The translations under genes and the position numbers were made by a program. Shown here one piece after another: positions 9,766 to 20,702 of a stretch of DNA of 64,000 bases. A model generated the notes under the pieces. It searched no databases. It had not been told where the DNA came from and saw only the letters and a list, made by a program, of their open reading frames with translations. Source of the stretch: an uncultured bacterium (GTDB lineage: Bacteria > Chloroflexota > UBA5177 > JANWHV01); NCBI GenBank assembly GCA_963729625.1, contig CAVSOU010000005.1:12302-76301 (forward strand), given 5' to 3'. Numbering within the stretch: position 1 is the stretch's first letter; each line of letters starts with the position of its first letter.

Positions 9766-12348
9766 GTGAGTTTGCTAAGTCGCAGTACTGCTCGCTGCTG
9801 ATCAGCGGATGCCGTTGGCGCTGTTCCCTGTGCTGGGCGTCTTCGCCAATTCTGCCTGCGCCTAGTGCTATACATCTGGCCCGTCGCTGCCCAGTGCCGT
9901 TGATCGCATGCGCAACGTGGAGATGCAGGTGCCCCTGCGCGTCTACACCCGCGACGGCGGCCTGATCGCCCAGATCGGCGAGCAGCGGCGCATCCCGGTG
10001 ACCTTCGACAGATCCCCGCCGCTGGTCCAGCACGCCTTCCTGGCGGCCGAGGACGACCGCTTCTTCCAGCACCACGGCATCGACTGACCGGGCGTGCTGC
10101 GCGCCATGGCGGTGGACCTGATCTCCGGCGACCGCGCCCAGGGCGCCAGCACCATCACCATGCAGGCCGCGCGCAACATGTTCCTCACGCTCGACAAGAC
10201 CTGACGCCGCAAGCTCCAGGAAGTCTTCGTCACCTACCGCATGGAAAGCGAGTTCACCAAGCAGGAGATCCTGGCGACCTACCTGAACGTGATCTTCTTC
10301 GGGCAGCGCGCCTACGGCGTCGCGGCAGCCGCCGAGACCTACTTCGGCAAGAGCCCTCGACCAGCTGACGGTGTCGGAGGCCGCGACCCTCGCCGGCATC
10401 ATCCAGGCGCCCTCGCGCTACAACCCCATCGATCAACCCCCAGCTGGCCAATGCCCGCCGCACCTACGTGCTGCGGCGCATGCTGGAGCTGGGCTACATC
10501 GACGCCGAGGCCGCACGGCGGCCAACGCCGAGCCGATCGACGCCCGCGGCTACGCCCCCCTGTTCGACGTGGAGGCCCCGTACGTGGCGGAAATGGCCCG
10601 CCAGGAGCTGGTGCGCCGGCGTATGGCCCCGACGGCCGTGAACTGCCGGCTACAAGGTCTACACGACCATCGACGGGCGCCTGCAGACCGCCGCCAACCG
10701 CGCGCTGCGATCGGCCTGATCGAATACGACCGCCGCCACGGCTATCGCGGGGCGAGTCGAGCACGCGACCCTGCCACCGAATCTCGAGCCGGCTCGCCCT
10801 GGACCAGCTGCTCTCCAAGCACGAGCCGGTCGGGCATCCTGCAGCCGGCCGTGGTCGCTCTCGGTGGCACCGACCGTCCGCGCGGGTCTACATCCGCGGC
10901 ATCGGGCACCGCCCAGATCGACTGGGACGGCATGGCCTGGGCCCGCACCGCTGGTCAACGGGCGCCTGGGCGGCTGCCGAAGAAGGCCGGTGACGTGCTC
11001 GCCCGCGGCGACGTCGTCTACGTGGTCACCGACCGGCACGGCAATGCCCAGCTTGCCCAGATCCCGGAGGCGCAGGTCGGCGCTGGTGGCGATGGACCCC
11101 GACGACGGCGCCGTGGTCGCCCTGGTCGGCGGCTTCGACTACTACAGCAACCAGTTCAACCGCGTGACGCAGGCCAAACGCCAGCCGGGCTCCGGCTTCA
11201 AGCCCTTCCTGTACTCCGCGGCGCTCGACAACGGCTTCACACCCGCCTCGATCATCCTGGACACGCCGATCGTGATCGAAGGCAACGGGATCGAGGGCGC
11301 CTGGCGCCCGCAGGACTTCGAACGGGAATTCGGCGGCCCGACCCGGATGCGCGAGGCGCTGGTGGAGTCGCTGAACCTGGTGTCGATCCGCATCCTGCGC
11401 GACCTGGGCACCGCGACCGCGATCGACTACATGACGCGCTTTGGCTTTGAGAAGGCGGCACTGCCCGACAACCTGACGCTGGCCCTCGGCACGACGCAGG
11501 CGACGCCGCTGCAGATGGTTACCGGCTACGCGACCTTCGCCAACGGTGGCTACAAGGTCGACGCCCTACCTGATCGAGCGGATCGAGAACTCCGCCGGCA
11601 AGGTGCTCTTCCAGGCCGCACCCGCCGTGGTCTGCCGCGAGTGCGAGAGCGCCGCAAGCTCCGCTGCGGTGCTGGAGGCCGCAGCGGCCCCTGCAACCGA
11701 CCGGGGGAGGCCGCGCCGCTCACGCTGCCGCCGCTGCCGCCGACCCCCTCGCCTGAGCTCATCGCCGCGCGCAACGCCGATGCTCCGGCGGGACTTCAGG
11801 CCCTGGCGGCACGCTCTGCGTCGGCATCGCTCCTCAGGCCTGAGCGCATCGCGCCGCGGGTGATCACGCCGCAGAACGACTATCTCATGGTCGACATGAT
11901 GGCCGACGTGATTCGCCGCGGTACCGGCCACGGCGCCATGGTGCTGGGACGCAAGGATCTGGCCGGCAAGACCGGCACGACAAACCAGGTTCGCGACACC
12001 TGGTTCAATGGCTTCAACACCAGCCTCGTCAGCACCGTGTGGGTCGGCTATGACATCGAGCAGCCGCTGGGTGAGACCGAGCAGGGCGCGCGTACGGCGC
12101 TGCCGATCTGGGTACACTTCATGCGCGAGGCCTTGAAGGGCGTGCCCGAGAAGGTGCGACCGATGCCGCCGGGCATCGTGCAGCTGCACGTCTCCTCCCG
12201 CACCGGGGCGATTGCCAACGCCAGTGACCCCGACGCGATCACTGAAGTCTTCATGATCACGCATCTGCCTGCAGGGGTCCGTGCCGGATCGGCAGATTCG
12301 CCCACGCCGCCCCCGCCGCAGCAAGGCACGGGCGAGGGCATCTTCTAG
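9766..12348 (+). pseudogene. mrcA: penicillin-binding protein 1A (bifunctional glycosyltransferase/transpeptidase), multiple frameshifts plus two apparent in-frame TGA codons; start approximate
   Basis: GT51 motifs FLAAEDDRFFQHHGID, GASTITMQAARNMFL, RMESEFTKQEILATYLNVIFFGQRAYGVAAAAETYFGK, EAATLAGIIQAPSRYNP. Transpeptidase motifs ALVAMDPDDGAVVALVGGFDYYSNQFNRVTQAKRQPGSGFKPFLY and GKTGTTNQVRDTWFNGF. Divergent from pilM as in many proteobacteria. Confidence 0.85.
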
Positions 12349-12359
12349 AGACCAGAGAC

Positions 12360-12993
12360 ATGGGCAAGAAGCCTCCGACGCGCGCGGGACCATCTGCGCG
12401 CCGCCATCGCGCAGGAGTCCGCGCGGCTCATGGCCGAGCACGGTATCCGCGACTTCGGCGTGGCCAAGCGCAAGGCCGCCGAGCGTTTCGGCGTTACCGA
12501 CGGCCCGCTGCTGCCCCGTAACACCGAGATCGAGGCGGCGCTGCAGTCCTACCAACGTCTGTTTGGCCGGGGTAGCCACGGGCAGAACCTGGAACGCCTG
12601 CGCCGCGCCGCGATCAAGGCGATGAAGCTGCTCGCAGCCTTCGAGCCGCGACTCGTGGGCCCGGTCCTGTCCGGTACCGCGACCGAGCATACGGACGTGC
12701 AGCTGCACCTGTTCTCCGACAGCCCGGAAGCCGTCTACATCAGCCTCATGGACCGCCAGCTGCCGCACGAGGTGATCGACCGGCGCGTGAAGATGCAGGC
12801 CGACCGGCAGATCACCGTGCCGGGCCTGCGATTCGCGCTCGGCGACGCGACGGTGGAGGCCCTGGTGTTCCCGAGCGACGGCATCCGCCAGGCCCCCATC
12901 AGCCCGGTGGATGGGAAACCGATGCGCCGCGCCAGCGCCGCTGAAATCGACGCCTTGCTGGATAGGGCGGGTGATGTGAATTACGCCTCATGA
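12360..12993 (+). pseudogene. conserved hypothetical protein (possible nucleotidyltransferase fold); one frameshift near codon 9
   Basis: ATG at 12360 (MGKKPPTRA...) joins the 187-aa ORF 12430-12993 (MAEHGIRDFGVAKRKAAERFGV...VGPVLSGTATEHTDVQLHLFSD...) only after a 1-nt frame change near 12385. Confidence 0.55.
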
Positions 12994-13151
12994 CGCCCCC
13001 AAATGGACCGAAGCCCGCACGGGGTAGTGGCGGCTGCGCGTTTGTTCACATTTTGCGCGGCAGCATAGGGGGTTAGGCAGGTCATTGAAGTACCATATTT
13101 GCAGCGGTCGCTGACCTGCCTGTCGCATCTTAATTTGGCCTGGGTCCTCCA

Positions 13152-16100
13152 ATGATTTCGAAAGAACAACGCGGCGTGGTAGTGGATCTTTGGAAAGAGA
13201 TTCTCAGTCTCACCGAGATTGATCTGGACCATGCATTCGCGGATCTAGGGGGTACCTCCCCTGGCGGCCAATCAGTTCGTTGCCCAGTTGGCGAGCCGCA
13301 CTGGGATCACCATTCCGGTCATCCGGGTCTTCGAATACCCAACGCTACGATCACTGCTGCACTACCTCAGCGAGGGTGCGACCGCAGCAACGGCCACACC
13401 CACACCACGTCGCCGTCACAAGACTTCTCCCGCGGGAGAGGTTCGCACGGATCACGACATCGCGATCGTCGGCATGGCCTGTCGGTTTCCCGGCGCGCAG
13501 AACCTCACCGAATTCTGGCAAAACCTTCTCGAAGGCCGCGACACCATCCGCGCTCTGTCGGACCAGGAACTCAGTCCCGAAGTGCCCCAGGAAGTGCGCA
13601 ACGACCCGCGCTACGTGCGCGCCGCCGGACTGATCGACCAACCGTATGCGATGGATGCCGCCTTCTTCGACATCAAGCCGATGGAGGCGCGGCTGACCGA
13701 CCCGCAGCAGCGCGTGCTGCTTGAGACAAGCTGGGACGCGCTCGAAAACGCCGGGCACGGGCCAGGCAGCTACGCCGGTCGCACCGCCGTCTTCGCAGGT
13801 ACCGAAGACAATACCTATTACAAGACTGAAATCAGCCCCTTTCCAGAAGCCGAAGCACGCGCCGGCCGTTTTTCGGTTATGACCGGCAACGAGAAGGACT
13901 TCTCGGCGATGCGCGTTGCGCACAAGCTCGACCTTCGCGGTCCAGCGGTGAGCGTCAACACGGCGTGTTCGACTTCGCTCGTAGCGGTCGTCATGGCCTG
14001 CAAGAGCCTGCGCAGCGGCGAGTGCGACCTTGCCCTGGCCGGAGGGGCCGCTGTCCACTTTCCAACCCCCGAGGGTTACTACTTCCAGGAAGGCGGGGTG
14101 TTCAGTTCCGACGGCCACTGCCGACCGTTTGACCAGGACGCACAGGGAACTGTCTTCACCGACGGCGTGGGCGTTGTCGTGCTCAAGCGCGTCGAGGACG
14201 CAATTCGCGACCGCAACACGATCTTTGCGGTGATTCGTGGCGGAGCCGTCAATAGCGATGGCGCCAACAGGGCCTCGTTTTCGGCCCCGAGTGTGAGCGG
14301 GCAGGCCAGTTGCATCGCTGAGGCCCTGCGTGATGCAGGCGTCGATCCGGCGACGATCGGCTACGTGGAAGCACACGGCACGGCAACGCCGGTGGGCGAC
14401 CCCATCGAGCTCGAAGGGTTACGGCAAGCCTTTGGCAAGCAGTCCGGGCGACGGCAGTACTGCGGGCTGGGTTCGGTCAAGAGCAATATCGGTCACACCA
14501 CGACGGCAGCTGGCGTCGCCGGCTTGATCAAAGCCGCCCTGGCATTGAAGAACGGCGTGATTCCGCCCTCGCTGCACTACCGACGCCCCAATCCGGCGCT
14601 CGATATCGAGAATTCGCCGTTTTACGTTGTCGATCGCAAAACCGATTGGCCTCCCGGGCCAGCGCCGCGCCGCGCCGGCGTCAGTTCCTTTGGTATCGGT
14701 GGAACCAACTCGCACGTCGTGCTTCAGGAGCCGCCGGCGATGTCGCCAGCACCCAGCCCGGCCATCGATCGGCCGTTTGAGATCCTGCCGGTTTCCGCGC
14801 GCACCGCCACGCAGCGTGACGCGCTGCTACAGTCGCTCTCGAGCCGAGATCCAACTCCTTGCGCGGGATCTGGCCTACACATTGCAGCATGGTCGCTCAC
14901 GTTTCCCGCGCCGGGGTGCGGCGATCCGCCTGCCGCGATGGCCCGGCGTTGACACGCAAATTAAGGCGACCCAGGCCGCACTGGACGAACCCAGCCTCGT
15001 TCTTCTGTTCCCTGGCCAAGGATCGCAATACATCAAGATGGGACACAGCCTGTATGGCGAGTTTCCCGAATTCCGTCAGACATTCGACCCATGCTGCGAC
15101 TGCTGAGTCAGGAGACTTGGTTTTGACTTCAAGGCCTTTATTTTCGACGAGGCGAACAAGGAAACGCTCGAAAACACGCGCTATACGCAGCCGGCGCTGT
15201 TCGCGATCGAAATTTCGATCGGCCGCATGCTGCTCGACTGGGGCTTGCGGCCGCAATTGATGGTTGGCCACAGCATCGGCGAATTCGCCGCGGCGCACCT
15301 GGCCGGCGTCTTCTGCGCTGGAGGACGGGATCAAGATGATCGCGGCGCGCGGCAGACTGATGGCCGATTGCCGCAAGGACGCATGCTTTCGGCGCGAGGC
15401 CCCCAGGACACCATGCTCGCCGCGGCCGGCGAGACGGTAGACGTTGCGTCGGTAAACGGTCCGGTCCACAGCGTGCTTGCCGGTGCCGACGAGCTGATCG
15501 CGCGGGTGCAAGAGCGCCTGGAGTCCGCGGGCATCTCGTGTCGGCCGCTGCATACCTCGCATGCGTTTCACTCGGCGATGATGACGCCGGTCATCGAGCC
15601 TTTCCTCGAAATTGTGCGCAGCGTGGAACTGCACGCACCGGACCGGACCATCGTGTCCACGGTTACCGGCGAGGTGCTCACGGCAGCCAACGCCACGGAT
15701 CCGATGTACTGGGCCAATCACCTGCGGTCGACCGTGAACTTCAGCGGCGCCGTGTTCAAGGCCCTGGACCTGGGCGGTAACATCTTCCTGGAATGCGGCC
15801 CGCGCACAACCCTAACGACGCTCGCCGTACAGCACTTTGCCAAGTCCCAGAACGCATCGGCGTCGCACGTTGCCATTTCCATGCTCGGCGACAATCCCGA
15901 GATGCAGACGGAACTGGGCGGCATTGGCAGTGCCTTGGCACGACTGTGGTGTGCCGGCGTGGTGCTGCAGTGGGACAGAATCTGGTCGCCGGGCCGCAAG
16001 GTTCCGCTGGTTACCGGCTACCCTTTCAATCGCAAGAACTTCCTATTCTCGGAAGGCAGGCAGCCGGAGCTGCGCTCTGCCCCAATACCGCATAACGCCC

Positions 16101-17218
16101 CTGCTCATGCACCGAGCCTGCAACGGATGGCCACCGCGCCAGCTGCCACCGGAACGGCGGAGGCAGCCCTGTCTGCCGCGCCTGTCATGGAACAGCGCGC
16201 GCTATTGCTTGCGCAGCTTGAGGCGCTGTTTAGCGGGTACGCTGGCGTTTCGGTATCCGCCAGCCAGGCGACCTTCGTTGAGCTGGGATTCGACTCACTG
16301 GTGTTGGTGCAGATCGGCGTGGAGATCAGCAAGACTTTCGGTGTTTCCATCGCGTTGCGCGACCTGATGGAACGCCTGAATACGCTACCGCTACTCGCAG
16401 GCCACCTCCTTGAAACGTCTTCGCCCGACAGGCTGCCGCGGGAGCTGCGCGCCCCTTCCGCCCCGATTGCTCCTGCTTACCAGCCGTCTCCCGCGCCACA
16501 TTCGCCGGCCTACGGTGCTGCGCCGGTGCCCATTACTGCCGAGCCCGTGCCCGGCACCGCCACCCAGGTTCGCGAGCTACTCCTTGCCGGCCTGGAAAGG
16601 CTTTTTGCCGCGCACTCCGGACTTGATATCCAGGCCAGTCCGTCAACATTTCTGGAGCTCGGACTCGATTCCCTGGTCTTGGTGCAGATTGGCGTGGAGA
16701 TCAGCAAGACTTTCGGTGTTTCCATTGCCTTGCGTGACTTGATGGCGCGTCTCAACAGCCTGCCGGCCCTGGCGGACCACATCCTCTCCTCTGCGCCACC
16801 TGACCGACTGCCACGCGTGGCCCGGCCGATGCCGATATCCGCAATGGCGCCGCCCTCTCCTGTTCCTGCAATGCCTGCATCCATTGCCGCGGCACCGACC
16901 CTTAGCTCGCAGGCGGTGGCTGCGGCACTGGCGGCGGCGCCCGCCGATGCTTTGCAGGTCATGCAGCAGCAACTTCGGGCCATGCAGGCTTCCATTGCCG
17001 AGCAGCTGACGCAGCTTGAAAAGATGACTCCCCTGTTGCAGGACGCCGCCCGAGCAGCCCGGAAGCCCGATGCGCCTGCCCCGTCAGCGCCCGCGCTGAT
17101 TCGTGCACGGCATGCACAGCCTCCACAGGAGGGAGCCTTCAGGGCGGCAGACAACGCGGGTGACAAGTGGGTCGCCTATGACGTGAATCGTCGCCGCTAC
17201 GAACTGATCACACGGTAG
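13152..17218 (+). pseudogene. type I polyketide synthase module: carrier(T0)-KS-AT(malonyl type)-ACP-ACP plus a Pro/Ala-rich C-terminal tail; frame disrupted as sequenced (near 13260, 14845, 15100 and 15310-15365)
   Basis: T0: DLGGTS...FEYPTLRSLLHYL. KS: DIAIVGMACRFPGA, VNTACSTSLVAV, EAHGTATPVGDPIE, GSVKSNIGHTTTAAG. AT: LLFPGQGSQY, GHSIGEFAAAHLAG, HTSHAFHSAMM (HAFH = malonyl type). Two ACPs: ELGFDSLVLVQ and ELGLDSLVLVQ. No KR, DH or ER motif seen. Confidence 0.85.
16270..16750 (+). repeat. tandem duplication of the ACP-coding unit (about 100 nt cores at approx 16275-16375 and 16650-16750, roughly 90 percent identical)
   Basis: Both copies encode (F)DSLVLVQIGVEISKTFGVSIALRDLM(E/A)RLN(T/S)LP. 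The nucleotide strings ggtgcagat(c/t)ggcgtggagatcagcaagactttcggtgtttccat are almost identical. Confidence 0.9.
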
Positions 17219-17228
17219 CGCAACCATC

Positions 17229-20200
17229 GTGCCAGATGAGTCCCGTGCGAATGCGGCCGAAGGTATGGATTTAGCGGCGAAACACTTCGGCGCAGAGATC
17301 CGTGTCGCATCCTCAGCCGCGCAGCGAGAGATATTCAGTGCATCCTGCTGCAGCCCCGATGCCTCGCTCGCCTACAACCAGTCCATCTCGCTGTTCTTCA
17401 GCGATCGGCCGGATCCGGATGCCCTGTATTCAGCGCTGCTGAATCTGCTGCATCGCCATGAAGCGTTGCGGGGCCACTTCAGCACCGACGGCATGTCATT
17501 CATCATCCGCGAACGCATAGCGTTCGAGTTGCCGCTGATCGAGCTGGCGGGCGAAACGGCGCTGGAGCGCAAGGCCAGCTACGACCGAGCCGTGCAGGAT
17601 GAGCTGGGACATGTATTCAACCTGACAGAAGGTCCGCTGTTTCGCGCCCTTCTCTTCAGTCGCGCCCCCCAGGGATGGGTTCTGCTCTTCAACTGCCATC
17701 ATGCCGTGGTCGACGGCTGGTCGTTGAACATCATCCTGCGCGAGCTGCCGGCGCTGTACAGCGACCTTGTGAGCGATCGTAGCGTTGCCAGCCTCCCTTC
17801 GCCGGACTCCTTCGCGGCACATCTGGCCTATGCCGTAGCGCAGGAACGCAAGCTTGGCCCGGCCGCATACCGCTATTGGCGGCAGACCTTTGCGGATGGG
17901 GTTCCGGTACTGGATTTGCCACTGGATCGAATTCGGCCCAACACACGCACCTACCAGTCGAGGCGGGAAGACTACAAAGTTGAGCGCTCGGTTTACGAGA
18001 ACCTCAAGCGCGCCGGTGCCAAGGGGGGAACCACTCAATTCGGCACCTTGATGGCCGTATACGCGCTGTATCTGGCGCGGATCTCCGGTCAGCAGGACTT
18101 TGTCATCGGGGTACCTGCGTTCGGACAGGTCACCGCCGGCAAGGGAAATCTCCTGGGACACGACGCGCGGCTTATCCCTGTTCGCTGCGTGATCGAGGAA
18201 CAGGACAACTTCACGGATTTTGCGGCGCGGTTGCGGCGGCGCTTTCTGGAGGCCTACGACCATCAGTGGGTGAGCATACCTGGCCTGATCCGAGAACTCG
18301 GCGTGGATGTAGATCGTGCCCGCGCGCCCCTGGTATCGGCGATCTTCGGCTTCGACCCCGGTATGGAGACGCCATTTCGGTTTGGCGATCTGACCGCCAG
18401 GCACCATTACAACGAGCGGCTTGGCGAGACCTTTGAGATTCAGCTCAACGCCGTCGTGGAAGATGGTGAGTTGATTCTGGAGTGGAGTTATAACGCCGCG
18501 CTGTTCGACCGTGAGCAAATGCATGCGCGCCTCATGCAGTTTGAACATCTCATGCGCGCCATCGCTGAGCAGCCCGATTGCAAGGTGCTCAGTCTGCCGC
18601 TGCTGCCTGGACCTCAAGTCCGGGAAATGGAGATGCTGCTCAATCAGACCGCCTTTCCTTTCGAACGGGAGTTGTGTGTCGACCAATTGGTTGAGCGCAG
18701 CGTCGACGCGCATCCGCAGGCCATTGCTGTGGAGTTCGGGGACCAGCGGCTCAGTTACCGGCAGCTGTGGGACAGATCAGGCCAGGTCGCCAATGCGCTG
18801 GCCTCCGCAGGTGCGGGTGCCCGTTCGCTGGTTGGCGTGATGCTGGAGCGATCCGCGGATCTAGTAGCCGTTCTTCTGGGCGTGTGGCGCGCTGGCGCGG
18901 CCTTTGTTCCGCTGGATCCGGCCTATCCCGCGGATCGCCTGGACTACATGGTCGAGCATTCCGGAATGCGCGTGCTTCTCACCGAACGTGCGCTGGAACG
19001 CCCCGAGGATGCCCAGCGGCTTAAGTGCATCTACGCCAGTGAGATTGCGCCTGAGACCCCGTCGACCTTCCCGTGGCGCGCCGGACGCAACTCGGAAGAT
19101 CGCGCCTACGTAATCTACACCTCAGGATCCACGGGGAAGCCGAAGGGTGTACAGGTACCGCATCGCTCGCTCAACAACTTCCTGACTTCCATGCGTACTC
19201 GGGAGCCTGGATTTGCGCCCGCAGGACGCCTGTTGGCGGTTACAACACTCTCGTTCGATATTGCGGAGCTTGAGCTGTGGCTGCCGCTGGTGTCTGGGGG
19301 TACGACAGTCATCGCTGACCGCGCCACTGCCTTTGACGGCGCGGCTCTGATTCGATTGCTCAGTTCGGCGCGAATCACCGTACTGCAAGCCACGCCCGCA
19401 ACCTGGCGTCTGCTCCTCTATTCAGGCTGGGCAGGCGATCGTGATCTAACCGCACTGTGCGGGGGCGAAGCGCTTCCGCGCGACCTTGCTGACGCGTTGC
19501 TTGAGCGCGTAGGCATACTTTGGAACGTCTACGGACCTACGGAAACAACCGTGTGGTCCACCATTGATCGCGTCGGACCTGGGGCCATCGCCGTTGGGAA
19601 GCCCATTGGCAACACGCAGACGTACATTCTCAACGGCAACAATGAGTGGGTGCCGCGGGGAAGCGTCGGTGAACTGTGGATCGGCGGGGACGGCGTTACC
19701 GCAGGCTACCTCGGGCGCGAGGATTTGACGCGTGAGCGCTTCCTGCCCAATGTGTTTACCGGCCACGGCCTGATGTACCGAACTGGCGATTTGGTGCGGT
19801 TGCGTCTTGACGGCCGGTTGGAATACATCGGCCGAAATGACTTCCAGGTGAAGGTCCGTGGTTACCGGATCGAGCTCGGCGAGGTCCAACACACCCTCGC
19901 GCGCCTACCAAAGATCAGACAGTGCATAGTCGTGGTAAAGGAACGTGAGCCTGGCGACAGCCATCTTGTCGCCTACTACACGCTGCACAGCGGCCGACAG
20001 ACTGACGCCACAGAGCTGAAGGATGAACTGCGCCAGAGCCTGCCGGACTACATGATCCCTGGCTGGTTCGTAGAGCTTGAGAGCCTTCCCCTTACGGATA
20101 ATGGCAAGATCAACGTCAAGGCTTTACCGGATCCGTTCGCATCGGCCCCAGATAACTCAGCCGAATCTGACAAAGGGCTTCACCTCGTCGAGGACATTCT

Positions 20201-20702
20201 TAGGGGAACCCCCACAATCACCGAATGTGCGCTACTAGCCAGCTCTCCAAACGAGCCTGATCGTCGGCCAGTGGCCTTCCTCGTGCGGCACGGACCCCAT
20301 CAGCCGACAGTCATAGCTGTTCGCAAAATGCTGGTCGGCAAAGTTCCCGAGGCATTGATTCCAGATACCGTAATCTCGCTGGCGGAACTTCCACTTAGCA
20401 AGTCACGGCAGGTGGATCGCTCTCGCCTGGGTCGGCTTATCCCGAGCCAAGGCATCGAACCCACTACGGACACGGAAAGACTGCTCATGTCGACGTGGCG
20501 GACGCTTCTAAACATCAAGGCAGTCCATCGGGACGACAGGTTTTTTGACCTGGGCGGTGACTCCTTGCTGGCTGTCCAACTAGTTCAAAGAATTTTGGAG
20601 ATCACAGGTTTCGGTCTGGAGCCTCGCGACATCGCCACCGAGAGTCTGTGGAAGTTGGCGCAGAACATTTTGCCTACCCGTGCGGTCGGGGAAGGACAAT
20701 GA
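17229..20702 (+). CDS. non-ribosomal peptide synthetase module C-A-(second AMP-binding_C-like subdomain)-T; A-domain pocket residues resemble the glycine code
   Basis: 1157-aa intact ORF. C domain HHAVVDGWS. A domain LSYRQLWDRSGQVA, YVIYTSGSTGKPKGV, FDIAELELW, NVYGPTETTVW, GELWIGGDGVTAGYLGR, YRTGDLVRL, VKVRGYRIELGEV, PLTDNGKINVKAL. T domain FFDLGGDSLLAVQLV. Confidence 0.9.
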   Translation: MPDESRANAAEGMDLAAKHFGAEIRVASSAAQREIFSASCCSPDASLAYNQSISLFFSDRPDPDALYSALLNLLHRHEALRGHFSTDGMSFIIRERIAFELPLIELAGETALERKASYDRAVQDELGHVFNLTEGPLFRALLFSRAPQGWVLLFNCHHAVVDGWSLNIILRELPALYSDLVSDRSVASLPSPDSFAAHLAYAVAQERKLGPAAYRYWRQTFADGVPVLDLPLDRIRPNTRTYQSRREDYKVERSVYENLKRAGAKGGTTQFGTLMAVYALYLARISGQQDFVIGVPAFGQVTAGKGNLLGHDARLIPVRCVIEEQDNFTDFAARLRRRFLEAYDHQWVSIPGLIRELGVDVDRARAPLVSAIFGFDPGMETPFRFGDLTARHHYNERLGETFEIQLNAVVEDGELILEWSYNAALFDREQMHARLMQFEHLMRAIAEQPDCKVLSLPLLPGPQVREMEMLLNQTAFPFERELCVDQLVERSVDAHPQAIAVEFGDQRLSYRQLWDRSGQVANALASAGAGARSLVGVMLERSADLVAVLLGVWRAGAAFVPLDPAYPADRLDYMVEHSGMRVLLTERALERPEDAQRLKCIYASEIAPETPSTFPWRAGRNSEDRAYVIYTSGSTGKPKGVQVPHRSLNNFLTSMRTREPGFAPAGRLLAVTTLSFDIAELELWLPLVSGGTTVIADRATAFDGAALIRLLSSARITVLQATPATWRLLLYSGWAGDRDLTALCGGEALPRDLADALLERVGILWNVYGPTETTVWSTIDRVGPGAIAVGKPIGNTQTYILNGNNEWVPRGSVGELWIGGDGVTAGYLGREDLTRERFLPNVFTGHGLMYRTGDLVRLRLDGRLEYIGRNDFQVKVRGYRIELGEVQHTLARLPKIRQCIVVVKEREPGDSHLVAYYTLHSGRQTDATELKDELRQSLPDYMIPGWFVELESLPLTDNGKINVKALPDPFASAPDNSAESDKGLHLVEDILRGTPTITECALLASSPNEPDRRPVAFLVRHGPHQPTVIAVRKMLVGKVPEALIPDTVISLAELPLSKSRQVDRSRLGRLIPSQGIEPTTDTERLLMSTWRTLLNIKAVHRDDRFFDLGGDSLLAVQLVQRILEITGFGLEPRDIATESLWKLAQNILPTRAVGEGQ

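Noticed and set aside
9800-9870. Apparent in-frame TAG in the N-terminal transmembrane region of mrcA
   Set aside because: The hydrophobic segment can be followed only by hopping between frames (..LGVFA / ..LVLYIWP / SLPSAVD..), so the TAG is probably out of frame. It is not counted as a nonsense codon.
10085-10204. Two in-frame TGA codons in mrcA at positions where homologues often have aromatic residues, suggesting TGA-to-Trp recoding
   Set aside because: TGA is used as an ordinary stop by many genes here (pilN, pilO, brnT, yicC and others). Both sites are explained better by a -1/+1 indel pair that restores ..GIDLTGV.. and ..KTLTRK...
17496-18713. 405-aa minus-strand ORF inside the NRPS gene. 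Similar antisense ORFs occur at 9725-10402, 11566-12768, 13351-14376, 53902-55104 and 57290-58165.
   Set aside because: All lie opposite genes with unmistakable motifs and have no motifs of their own. They are typical stop-poor shadow frames of high-GC DNA.
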